From contig CDMY01000714.1 in NCBI GenBank assembly GCA_001179505.1, forward strand, positions 1 through 28,100: a stretch of 28,100 nt of DNA, given 5' to 3'. The DNA is from Vitrella brassicaformis CCMP3155 (Eukaryota; Protista; Chromerida). A program made the translations under genes and the position numbers. Every line of letters starts with the position of its first letter. The first letter of the stretch is position 1. This document shows, piece by piece, positions 1-16,729 of the stretch. The notes beneath the pieces were generated by a model. That model searched no databases, was not told where the DNA came from, and was given only the letters and a program-made list of their open reading frames with translations.

Positions 1-1300
1 GCGCACCGTTGCATCAGGATGCTTTCTCTGAGCTATTTCTTCACGCACGTTTGACTTTCCCCCCAAACGCCCGCACACAATGCGGGAATGCCGGCACGTC
101 TGATTCTCCCCTTTTAGCGGGCACAACTCTACTTCCTCCTGAACACAGAACGGACCGGTGCCGTTCGAAATGCAAAACCTCCCAATTGCTCCCGAAGCGG
201 GGGGTCAACTTGAGGCTCGCCAGTTCTTTTTTTCTTTTTTTTGTGAACGCTATCAACTGGTGACGGTGATCAGATCTGCAACTCGATACGGAGAACACTC
301 ACTCACTTCAACAACAGAAGCGGTTTAGGGGGTCCCTCAGGTCAGGTAGAAATCCTCGTGCATGGTGTTCTCCATGCTCTTAGCATGTGTCTCGTCGTCA
401 ACACAATAAGCAACCAAGCAGCGACATGGACACGCGACACGCACATGCAGTACGCAGCATGCAAAGCTGAGAGGTAGATAGGGATAACAAACTCGGATCA
501 AAAACTGAGAGGTGCCGGAGTACCTTGGACATACGATCAATTCGGTGATATGTGGGTCTCTCTCTCTGTTTTGTCTGTGTCGGCTGCAGGGAAGATTATA
601 CGCCAAGAGACTGTAGTTTCCCCAACAGCCAGCGCATGGACATCGACTGATCGGCGCGTCACCATCGCCCGCCCCTGCCGACTTGACGCCTCCCCCATCC
701 CCTTCCACCGGACAGTCAACCGGCGTGGTGCACAACCTCCAGATGACAAGACAGCGCGACTTAGAGAAAGACAAGATCGACAAGTATGGGCCGACCGCAC
801 AAGCAGCCGGCTTCCGCTTTGTGCCTCTCTGGCGGAGACATTCGGCAGGTGGGGAAAGAAGACAGTGGACTTTCTCAAGATGCTCGCCAGGCGCAAGCCC
901 CGCCCCACCTCCATTCCCACGGATGAGGATATAGCTTACCGAGAGAGCGTCATCAATCACTGGAGAGCCAGCTTCTGTCCATGGAGTTGGTGAAGCACAC
1001 CGCGTTCCATGTGGCGAGTCGTGCACAATGCGCTGCAGCCGCCAGAGGGCCACGGAGGGCCGGCGCGTTTCCTGAAGACTTCGTCAGCCGCGGGCCATAC
1101 AGGCCACACCCGCTCCGGGGCTGTGAGGTGGCTGGCTGGATCTGGATGCTGTGTGTGCGTGTTTTGTGTGTCTATCGTGGTGCGTGTCTCACGCCTGTTT
1201 GCAGTGTGCGACATGCATTTGTTTGCAGTCATTGAGCGTTGTTCACTTTGTCTGCATGGTTGTGTTCCCATACGTAGACAAACTAATTCGTCGCCCGCTC
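1..1300 (+). mobile_element. Decayed repeat copy 1: non-coding 5' part plus the C-terminal restriction-like endonuclease (RLE) region of a CRE-like non-LTR retrotransposon; starts at or before the window edge
   Basis: Across frameshifts, 590-1080 encodes KIIRQETVV-PNSQRMDI..VTIA..DLEKDKIDKYGPTAQAAGFRFVPL-AETFGRWGKKTVDFLKMLARRK..SVINHW..CMELVKHTA. This matches the RLE pattern RxD..DVT..E..K..KY..F.PL..ETxGxWG..FL..LA. Positions 1-23 are the reverse complement of 24961-24983 and homology continues along the whole unit. No RT domain is seen. Confidence 0.75.
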
Positions 1301-1896
1301 GATGTGTTTGCGCAAATGAAAAACCTAAAAACCCGTGACCTGTGGTAGAGTTGTGCTGTTGTATTGTATGTTGCAGCACGACTTCAGGAGGATAAAAAAG
1401 GCAGATCAAGTGCAGGTGCTCATTATAATGCCGGGGGACTGCTTGGGGACTGCTATGTCGACGTCTGCGACCTGTTCGAGAATAGAATAGGCTACTCGCA
1501 TGGAGGAGGACAAACTGAAGAATCGATGTCGAGACGTAATTTCGGGGCGCTTGTCCTGCTTGCCAGCATTGGTCTACGTGTGTGACGAAGGTCTCAAGGG
1601 TCATTGTGTGTGTGCAGTGAGGCGGACAGGGCGGCACTCAGGGATAGACTTTTGCTGGTGCCATGCATGGAGAAAGGGTTTCATGTCAATATGGACGTAT
1701 CGCATGCACAATTGCTTCACGCTATCGTCCTGTCGAGTTCTGGTGAGAACGACATGGTGCTGGGAAAGAGGAATGTACCATCCACCTTGTCCTTGCTCTT
1801 TCCTTATTCGTTTTCGTGAGATGAGATTGTTGCCGCGAGAAAGAACAAGAGAGACATGGATCACGAGTGACGGCCACCACAACGTCAGGAAGAACA

Positions 1897-3625
1897 TCAG
1901 CACGTCATTATTCTTAGTGACGTCAGATAATTGGCGTAGATGTTGGCGTGGCCATGGCAAGCGGCCTTGACCGTGCGTCGGCGGTCCACTAGCTTGCGCA
2001 AAGTCTGTGCGAAATCGATGGCCAGGTTTTTCTGCTCGCGCTCAAGATCGATTGCCAGAGATTCATACGCATTCACAGCGCTCTCGGTGGCCTGGCCATA
2101 GAGACACGACAAAGGACGGCAAGGGTGGTGTCTCGCCTCTCTTCTATCGCTTCACCTTTGCCGCCTCATCCTTGTCTTGCTGCATGAGCATGTGCTTGAG
2201 GTCAAGCAGCAATGTGCGGTCCTCTGCTTGGACCATCCGCATCTGCCGAATGGGCACCAAATTGCACTGGCTGTAGCGCTGGCTTGCGTAGAAGTGGGCT
2301 AGCAAGGGTGAAAACCTATACATGCATCGACGGACTGCCGCAATCGCATTGGCCCTCTGAATTTGCTTACCTCAGCATCCGAGTGACTTTCGTCGGTCTG
2401 AAGATGAGATCCTTATGACTGCGTATGAGCCGCGAGGCAGTGGCTCTGTCCACCGGGATCCTATCTTGACCGGCCATGCCGTCGTGACGAGAAACGCCGA
2501 GAGACAGCTGTTGGAGGGGACTGCAATGGAAGGGGTCGCTGCCGAGTGCCTCCCGCATCTGCCGCGACGTGCAGCCACCCTCTTCGCGTGACGAGCTGGA
2601 CACAGGGACCGCAGCGCCCTGCCGGGCAGAAGCTTGACGAGGGGAGGGGAGAGACGAGCCCTGTCCACGAAGCGGCGGGAAAGAAGTGGGCACGCTGTCC
2701 TGAAAAAGTGCAGACATCAATGACGGCGAAGTACAGATTTGTGTGTCTGGTGTCTCACATAAGTCGTTGACAGCACATTGCCGCCCCCTAGATTTAATTT
2801 CCAGTGGTCGAGGCAGATAAACTCTGGATGGATGCCTGAGGGAGGGAAGCATGAAAAGGGCGGGGGCAGTCCTCTCTTGCTGTCCTTTTCTCGCCTGTAG
2901 TCCAGTAGTGTATCAAAGTGAACAGCTGCCTGTGGGAATACAAGACAAAGGGCTCCATGTGTTTCACCCCCCGAACCCACTTGTACCGACGAAAGAACAT
3001 AGTGAAGTACGGGCGTGACTTCGGATAGGCAAGGAAAAGAGAATAGAGGATGAATTGGGAAGAAGCATCCGCAAATCTGTGGAAGAATCGAGTGGGCATT
3101 GTTGACCGTCACGATGCCCACCCACTTTTTCCTATATCTACTATCCCTACTGTTGAAAGAACGTATCTTTCTTTGCAATGGCGTGGAACAGCAGGAAATA
3201 GCTGCGAGCCAGCCGGTCAAAAAAGACACTCTCCAGTAAGGGTGCGTCGGGGTGGGTGTTCTGGAAAAAGCAAAGGACGACCAGCCAGAAGGCTTCCGCC
3301 ACGAAACCCAAGGAGTAAGCGCTACAGAATTCTTGCTTCCACGACTGACAGACCAGACAGACACCCCAAATGAGAAGGAGGAGAGTGGTACAAGGGATTG
3401 CCCTCACCCTTGACTTTCCGGACTGGAACCTGAGATTGTTGAGCACATTCTGTATCACTTTGCCGACTTGGAGTTCCCCTTATCGATGATAAACACAGAA
3501 CACAACAGTGTGACGTAGTTGATATATATGGGGGCGGTGTTACCCGGCAGCAGGCACGGCTCGTCCATGGCCATGTTCCTCACATCCGGGAGGCGAGCGT
3601 CTTCCACGCGATACTGTTGTTCCAT
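1897..3625 (-). CDS. FAM227: FAM227-like (FWWh domain) protein, about 8 exons
   Basis: Spliced translation MEQQYRVEDARLPD..EAFWLVVLCFFQ..FFDRLARSYFLLF..KDTFFQQFADASSQFILYSLFLAYPKS..FRRQLFTLIHYWTTG..RFSPLLAHFY..ANIYANYLTSL. It follows the FAM227 motif order recalled from memory (xFWW, LFDRxS, KDxFF, AFP.S, W..G, SPL). Exons join in frame. An in-frame stop lies just upstream of the ATG at 3625. Confidence 0.75.
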
Positions 3626-3922
3626 TGGGCGTCTTCACCCAGGAATGCCGGGGGCTGGGGCGGGGGCTAGGGTAGGCAATCTCTTCGGTTACGTTTATTG
3701 CCTCTTTGCATCCCCTTTCAAACGCAACGAACGCGGGCAGTTCCGACAGCTATTTTTTCATCAATCCAATCCTCGCTGCATGACCGAAATGGCACGTAAG
3801 TCGTCACCTCTTCACCTCTACTCACAGTCCGAAACGTTTTAGCACACACACCCAAAAACGCACACCACATACACACACACCATCGGCCAACACCAACGCC
3901 TGCAGCGGATTCGCCTGCTCCC

Positions 3923-6337
3923 TCACTCTAGCGACTTGCTGAAGCCTCGCACCCACGACCGAAAGGAGGGCAGCAGACCGTGACCTTGGTCCACCATCAA
4001 ACACGCAGAAATGCCATCACCACGGAGGGGGTGCGCAAATGGCATTTGTTTGTATGGAATCTTACCGAGTGATGAGACGGAGAAGTATTGTGATTTGGGA
4101 ATGAGGAAGAGGGTGGCCAGCCACGAGAGGGAGGCGATCTGGACGAGCCACACCCCGTTACTCATGATCTTGTGGCGCAGGTAGGGCGCGAAGATGGACG
4201 TCACGATAAACAACAGCGGAAAGGCCAAAAAGTACAGGCTTGAAGCAATAGTGTACGTACGCAAAAAGCTGCACAACACGGTAAAGCAAGGAAACGGATG
4301 GGCTCAACGCTTGGGCGTTTGGCCTCTTCTTTTGTCTGGTTACGCCTGTAGACGCGATGCAGGTGAGGCAAGGTATGTGTTCGAGCAGGCGACGAGGAAG
4401 ATCGCGTAGAGAGCTATCCGAATGCACACTATTGTCCAGCCTATCGCGCCCTCGTTCTGATGTGGTGGCGCAATCAACAGACAACACACAATGCCTCCGT
4501 CCGTTGGGATCCCTCCATCCTCCCCATGTGTATACGCACGCTGTGAAATTTGAAGCGCGAGTCGTCGGCCATGTGGTTCCCGATCGCCACGAGCACAAGA
4601 TGACCCACACAAACCTGAGGGATGGCACAAGGAGACAGAGTACACTTTCTGGAGTCTCTGGGAGACAGTTCCCTTGACCCCTGTGACCGTGGCGACGACT
4701 GGCAGGGCTGGAGCAGAGCCAACCCGTACCTGATGCATTCATGAGGCCAGACATGCACACACGTAAGGCGCACAGGAATCCATCTCACCTTAGCGAGATC
4801 CCCTGAACAAAAGACACACATCAAACATGACATTTCAAAGCATCGCTGACGCCTGCCGCAATCTTAAGTGACCTGTCCTGAGAGTGTATCCGAGAGCTAT
4901 CAACAGGAGAATGGTCGTAACTAGCATCTGCAATTGGAGCACCGATGTCACGAGACCATGACGAAATGGGCGCTTCCCCTGCTGCCTTCCTTACAATTAC
5001 CTGGCTGAGCATTGACAGGACCTCAGAAAGGACGTCACATAATGTCAGGCCTGTCCCATTGTGTGCATAAAAGAACAGATGAGTCATGTTGAGGAGGGAA
5101 CCGGCCTGTTTGACACATAGATACACAAAGCCGCTCTCTGTATTGCACACTGCCCCATCGGCCTCTCGTCTCCACCCACATACTCACAGCCGAGGAAAGG
5201 ATCGCCACGTTGAGCACTGTCGGCGAAGGCATTCACGAATCGACACAAGACACGCGTCCATGAACCCAGTACCTGTGACTGCCTATCGTGTACCCTGGAT
5301 GATGGGATGCAGTGGCTGGGTGCGCATGAGCTCCAATTCCCTCTTCAGGAACACCAGCATCATCACAATGTAGCTCAGTGCCTGCATGGCTGCGGCGAAG
5401 CGAGTCCCCAGCAGCTCATATGAGAATTGGGACCCGTCTTCCTGCAGCATGACCGACTCAAACATGACGGGGAAGGGCCCACTCGTGGGCCCGAGCAGCT
5501 CTTGGCAGTCGCTGAAGGCGAAGTACCACACGTGGGGCCGAATCGACTGGTGGAGGACACCTAAGACGGCACGCAAGTGTGGGAACAACCACTTGTATCC
5601 ACAAATGCTCTGTCCTGCCGTCCATTTCATAGCGCTACCTGTGACCCTGTGCATGCGTCGGCGCCATCGATCGGCAAGCACATGAGGAGTAATATCCAAA
5701 GCAATAAGTCGCGCGCGTAGCTGTATGCACCTGATGCGGGCTTCTCCTAGGACTTACCAGGGCGACCACTCATTGTCCTTTTGCACGATGACCTGCCGAG
5801 TGGTCATGACCTTCTTGCTCCGCTCGCAGGCAGGCAGACGGTCTACCTCGATCCAATGGTTGTCTGCAGGAGGAGCAAGGCACCATAGTCACGTCACCAC
5901 CTGTCCGTCTGTGGGGCCCACCGAGGAATATGAGCAGCGGAAGGGTGACGTTCTTCTCCAGCGCAGGCGAGTTTGTGTGCGTGCCGAGCCTGTCAACCGA
6001 ATACACCGAAGCTCCCCTCCTGAAGCAGGTTGCATGTTCTGCTCTGCCCACTTGATTCGGTACTTGAAGCTTCCATTGCCGATCTTAAATGCGAACTGAA
6101 TGCAAGAGAAGAAGTAATTCCATGAAAGAGTGTTCCCGAGGCGGGGCCTTCCCCTGCTCGATCAGACCTTGGAGAGATACACGAACCTCTTATCGGGGGC
6201 CATCCACCTGTGAAAAGACAGCGCACATATTGCTTCATCTGGAGTGGTTTCACATACCTCGTGTCCTTGACCACCTTCCCCTCCGCGAATCCGCTGAGCA
6301 GAAAGCTCGTGAAGACAACAAAGCGCCAAACCTGCAT
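3923..6337 (-). CDS. GPR180/TMEM145-like rhodopsin-type 7TM protein with signal peptide and extracellular N-terminal domain, multi-exon
   Basis: Signal peptide MQVWRFVVFTSFLLSGFAEG, then FVYLSKFAFKIG, RPHVWYFAFSDC, EDGSQFSYELLG, HPIIQ, HLFFYAHNGTG, FAPYLRHKIM and PKSQYFSVSSLG, which are characteristic motifs of this family. GT-AG introns; stop codon at 3923. Confidence 0.85.
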
Positions 6338-6526
6338 GTCTGCATCGAAAGTCAGCTCTTCAGGTCTTCCATCAACCGGGGGAAGCGGAAGGGCTCCCCT
6401 GTTCAAGCTCGCAATCGTCGGGTTAGGGCAAAGATGTAAGATCTGCCATTCAGACGCTCGCACCTTAGCTGCGCAGGCCTCAATGTGTCGACCGGAAGAA
6501 AGAAGGATGAGTGCGCTTCGCCAGCC

Positions 6527-6535
6527 AAACCCTAA
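6527..6535 (+). promoter_or_regulatory. AAACCCTAA telo-box-like motif in the divergent promoter, ending 32 bp upstream of the GH81 ATG
   Basis: Exact AAACCCTAA at 6527-6535. Function is inferred by analogy to plant telo-boxes only. Confidence 0.3.
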
Positions 6536-6566
6536 CTCTTAACGCATCTTTGCAAAGTGCCGGATA

Positions 6567-9500
6567 ATGTGCAAAAGCGCAGACGATGAGGGAACGTATG
6601 AGGGATGCCCCTTTCGCAGGAGCCTTCTCCTTGCTGCCGTGTGTGGATTACCTTTCCTTTTAGTCGTCCTCACTTTCCGGGGGTCTTCAGTTCCAGACGG
6701 TCCCGGAGATGGCACAGGCTATCCGAGGGCAGATCGTGTGTATGGAGAACTGTACCGCCGGTTTGTGACCCCGACGACTGAGAATCTGCCTCACACCGTT
6801 ACTGCAGCGCGGGGCTCTGGTGGAAATGGAGACGTCATCAAGCTCGATGGTACGTGCGGACAGACTCCGTTCTCCCAGCTCTTATCAAATTTTGCTCCAC
6901 CAGGCATTGGGGGCTTCCATTCGTCTCTTTGGCACCCACGCTACTCCCACACTCGCGTCTATCAGATCAATTTTGCCCCTAGCGCACTAGGCAGACGGCT
7001 CACGGCAGGCGGATGCGCCAACGCTCCGGTCCGGTGCTACATGAAGCTCGCGGTCTTCCCGACGGGGACGGCATCGACCGTGTCTGCCTTCAGCAATGGC
7101 ACGGCGAGGGAGTTGCTCCTACGCCGAGATCAAGACAGCGAGAACACGATCAACGATGAGTTCAAGGGTCGTGTTAGTGGTCAGCCATTGAGGATAGAAG
7201 TGCCCACCCCCGCTGTCAATTTGCCGACCAACATGTGGTGGAGCAATCTGGTGCACGGACAAGGAAAAGGCGAGGGCAATGGCGTCAACGTATCGCCATA
7301 CCTGGTCTCGGTGGTGGCCGAGCCTGGCCGCATTGGAGCCAACGTCCATATGCCCTTCACATTCATCAAAACCGACCCCAAGACGCCTGGAGTGCATTCG
7401 TACATTGACAGCTTTTATCCGCGGGCGTCGGCTTGGTTCGTTGGCTTTGAGGTGGCGCCGCTGAAGGAAATGACGGGCAGCGGGGGAGATTCTAAGCGCT
7501 TCGCGCGGCCTGAGGTGTCACATTTTGTGAGCGACTTTGACGATCTCTCTGTGACGAAGGTGATCAGCTACAAACGTGAGTCGAGAGGGGACAGCAGACC
7601 GGTAAAAAAGAAAAAAAGCAGCTCCCGAAGCAACACTTTGCCCCCTTGTGTGCTTCGTATTGCAGCACGTCACCAAGTTATACCTGGTTCGCGGCTCGCC
7701 GCTTGTGACCCTGGAGCTCCCTGAGCAGCCGCTGATGCTGGCTCCCCTTGACTGGGACAGAGAGCTCAAATTCCCTAACTACATCACCAGGTGACTGACC
7801 ATGGGAGGCGTATGATCAGATGTTGGGATTCCTGCTCTTTGCCGACGTGCATAATGTAGGTTCACCGTACTTCCTGCGTCGAGCGAGGCAATGCAGTCAG
7901 CGAAGGCTAACGCTTCAACTACTTATGACTGTCCGGACGAGGAAGTCGGACGGCAGAACAAATCGGTACGCACGTTTGTGCGAGTCCTGCAGTACACTAG
8001 GAGTCTTTGTGACGGTCTCTTGCTTGCTGTGTCCTTGTTTCAGCTCCCATCGGACACGTTTGTACTTCAGCTCTTGGACGGTTCCGAGTGGGTGCTAATT
8101 GTCTCGGAACCTTTGGCCCTGCGCTGCCTCACAAAGCGCGATAAGGCCGGCATTATCCAGAAGAACTGGATTGAATCCGCAGAGCCATTGCCGGAGGTAG
8201 TGAGCCAGATTCCGCCTGTGCAGTGCTTCTTTTGACTTTCTTGGTTGCACAGGGCACCATAGTGCGTCTCGGCGTCGGCAACGTGTGCAACATGACGGCC
8301 GTTACTTCGGATACCCCCACTCTGCTCGAGCACACGAAGCGGCTTTGCGACCATCAGTACGCATCGACCACGTAAGTGGCGCGCATCACATGAGTCCGTC
8401 CAAGGTGCCGATGGATGCATGGCCCCTGTTGCGTCTATCAGATCCGCATTGCTATCGCATTCGCACCGCTACTATCCAGTGTCTGCCAGTGTTGATATCG
8501 GCCTTCAACCTGTCAGCAACGCGTCGTCAAACCCAAAGGGGCCCTCGCATGCTCGTCAGTGATGAATGTAACGTGCAAACGACCTGCCCTCTGCTTCGGA
8601 CCAAATGGCGTCGCTTTGTGCTGCCTGGCTGTCCTTCAGGCATCTCGTATAGGTTCTGTGTCCGTCGCATGCAGCGGGCCATGATGCAAGAACATCAGTC
8701 ATACAACGAAAAGATGACGGTCTTTGTGAACGGGCTCCACCAGTGAGCACAAAGAACGACAAAGCTGCAGCGGCTCACAGTGGAATCTTCGTCTTCACGC
8801 AGGAAGCTCCTGCCACAAGAGATGCCGCGTGCCTTCGAAGGACCATCTGCCTGCCTCGAGACAGCTCACGGTTGGCCAGAAGAACAAAAGGCCAGAAAGC
8901 TGGAACTCTGCCCATTGTCTCATGTCCAGGCCCCCTGTGCATGACGAACATTGACGTGTCCCCGAGCCGCTCAAGTGATGGCATCTGCACCTACGAGGCC
9001 GTGTTGCGGCTCGCTCCCATTTCTCTATCATCGGCGTCTTTTCACGAGAGCCCGGAGGTGCCTGATGACTGGCAGCAACTGCTTGCTGACCAGATCTGGT
9101 CTGGTAGGAGCTGACTTCCTTCACTCTTTTGTCGTCATCTTGCGATGTCGTGATCAGACCTGAATGGATCAGAGTTTCGGCTACCGGCCGCCCTGCGTCG
9201 AGGCGACTATGATGCCTACCGATTCGGCCGGATTCTCCACAAGTATGCGCACACGGCACTCGTGGCTCATCGCATCAAGGCTCCACTTCTGCGCGACGAG
9301 GCGCTGCATCGCATCCGCGGCCCTTTAGAGAAGTGGCTGAGCTTCACATCCGGCAACCGGCTTGTGACTGACGATTTGTGGGGTGGGGTGGTGCCGTGTG
9401 GATGTGATGCGGACACAAAAGGCAACCCGTGCCATTACCGCTTCAACAAGAGGGATGGTGTTGTGGCAAGTGAGTCGTGTGTGTCGCTCTATGAACCAGA

Positions 9501-10643
9501 GAGGGATGCGGGCAGCGGACTCTATGCCAACCATCTTGCCATGTACGTACAGAGGAGGGACATCGTGATCCATCTTTCGTGCGCCTGCCTTCCCGCAGAT
9601 ACGGCTACCTGGTATATGTTGCCGCAGTGCTGACCTACTTTGACAGAAGCTGGCCAAAGAAACGTATCGGGCATCCGTCGATGCGGGGGGATATGCGTTT
9701 CCACGATGTGAGACGTCTTGCAAAAATCGAGCACTCCAAACGCTCAAAAGAGCGTTCTTCCCTCTCTCGTTCGTTTAGGCTGTGATGCTCTTGATTCGCG
9801 ACGTGGCGGACGTCGGGCAGCTGATCGGCGACCGTCCTTCCAGGTGACCATGAGAAAATGGCCAGAGACACACGGTATCTCAATCCATTCGCAATTCCGC
9901 AGGAATCTCACCCGTTACAAGGACTGGTGGTGGCTCAATTCTTGGAACAGCGGAATTGGGGAAGATCCTGAGGGACCCTCAGCAACGCACACAACAGAGA
10001 TTGTCTTTTCTTACTATGCGATTTCGCTTTACGCGGAGGTCACGAAGAAGAAGGGCATGTATCTCTGGGCTCGTTTCCTTTCGATGACCGAGATGCTCTT
10101 TGCCCGGACATTCATGCATCTGCACGCCCCGTCCTCATCTCCCTCATCTTCACCCGTTTTTCCCTCGCCAGTGCGCATCTATCCAGAGAAGATGACCAAC
10201 TCGTTGCCCTTTATCGGCCGCTTTGCAGAAATGGCTGTCCGTCTGGAAGAGCAGCCATCGCATCTCTATCCCTTGAGCCCCGTCGCCCTTGAACTCTTCG
10301 GCTATGTCGCTGACAGGATTGAGAGAAAGTGTGACGGCTGCGCTGGCTTTCAGCAGGGATGGGGTGTGGGGACGGTGGCAGGCCAATTGCTGTTGAAACG
10401 AACCCGCAGCGGAGAGGCGAGAAGGCTTCTGAAGACGGAGATGAGGGACACCTGCTTTGACGAGGTCAGCGAAAAGCAATCGTCAATACCGCTGCCGATC
10501 CGTCGTGACTGAGACTTTTTTCATGGTTTGTGCAGGGCTTGAGTGGTTGCGAGGCCTATCTTCCAGGTCTCCTGGCGTGGTGGGCAGCTGCCCTTGCTGG
10601 ACGACACAATCATCAAACAAAAGCCGTAGACACATTCCGCTGA
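6567..10643 (+). CDS. Glycoside hydrolase family 81 (endo-beta-1,3-glucanase)-like protein with an N-terminal membrane anchor and substituted catalytic residues
   Basis: Motifs in order: LPTNMWWSNL, LYLVRGSPLVT, LLDGSEW, AYRFGRILHKYA, LVTDDLWGGVV, DAGSGLYANHLAIYGYLVYVAAVL, LLIRDVA, RYKDWWWLNSWNSG, EGPSATHTTEIVFSYYA, HLYPLSPVALELF and LLAWWAA. All exons could be joined in frame with GT-AG introns. A hydrophobic segment lies at residues about 19-37. Confidence 0.88.
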
Positions 10644-10756
10644 ATGGTCGGGGTCTTGGTACATCATATCACTAATTGATAGTACTCACAACACGTATTC
10701 ACTGGACTAAAGGATAGAGTGGATGTCATACACGCACATTTCACGTTCAACGTAGG

Positions 10757-11230
10757 TCAAATAAACTCATCGGCCTCCCTCCGTCTGGCCAACTCCACCT
10801 GGAGCTCCTGCAGCTTCGACTGGCCCGACTTCCCCGCAACGAACATAGCACGCTGAGCGTCTGGCTCTGAATGACGCTCGAGGTCACTACCTTAGTGGGG
10901 GAGGGCTGTCAATGAGAGGTCCATCAACTCAATTTCTTACCCTTCAGAGCCGCCTGAATGAGATGCCAACACACAAGCAAATGAATCGATTGTCGCTCTT
11001 TTTCAACTCTTCAGCTTCTGCACTCGGGGGAGGTGGACAAATCTCACCACATGGAAAGTGCATGGTTCATGGCACCTCCTGGTCCACCTCTCCGAGGCCC
11101 ACAGGGAGCTTTTCGACCGGTTTGTTAGTCTCTGGCAACATGCGTCGCAATATTCAGCGACGAGTGCGTGACACTGGGGGACGTATTCAGTGCTGACACA
11201 CATACGTTTTGTATCTGACTTGGAGTACCC
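10757..11230 (-). other. Four putative in-frame short exons (11230-11206, 11131-11076, 10953-10941, 10866-10757), absent from the ORF track
   Basis: GT-AG introns of 74, 122 and 74 nt join GYSKSDTKQTNKPVEKLPVGLGEVDQEAALKEPDAQRAMFVAGKSGQSKLQELQVELARRREADEFI* in frame. Confidence 0.45.
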
Positions 11231-11368
11231 CTACGAATGGTCATATTTAATGACGGAATACTCATACGTCTGGTCAGGAAAGTGGGTGGCTTTCACGATA
11301 ATGCCAATCATACGCGCAGAGAGGGACTAGATATCGAAATCACGCAACAAATCTGGATCTGTGCCAAG

Positions 11369-16658
<5,290 letters not shown>

Positions 16659-16720
16659 GTCGTCGACACTTCTGTCCCTTCTTCCTTGCTTTTTTCTTCC
16701 CCTTTCAATTCCTCTGCGGG

Positions 16721-16729
16721 TTAGGGTTT
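16721..16729 (-). promoter_or_regulatory. AAACCCTAA telo-box-like motif 63 bp upstream of the PRP16 ATG
   Basis: The + strand reads GGGTTAGGGTTT at 16718-16729, giving AAACCCTAACCC on the gene's sense strand. Confidence 0.3.

Noticed and set aside
337-1053. 238-aa minus-strand ORF, and similar ORFs at 23042-23934
   Set aside because: Antisense or alternative-frame shadows of the GC-rich RLE fragment; no independent protein features.
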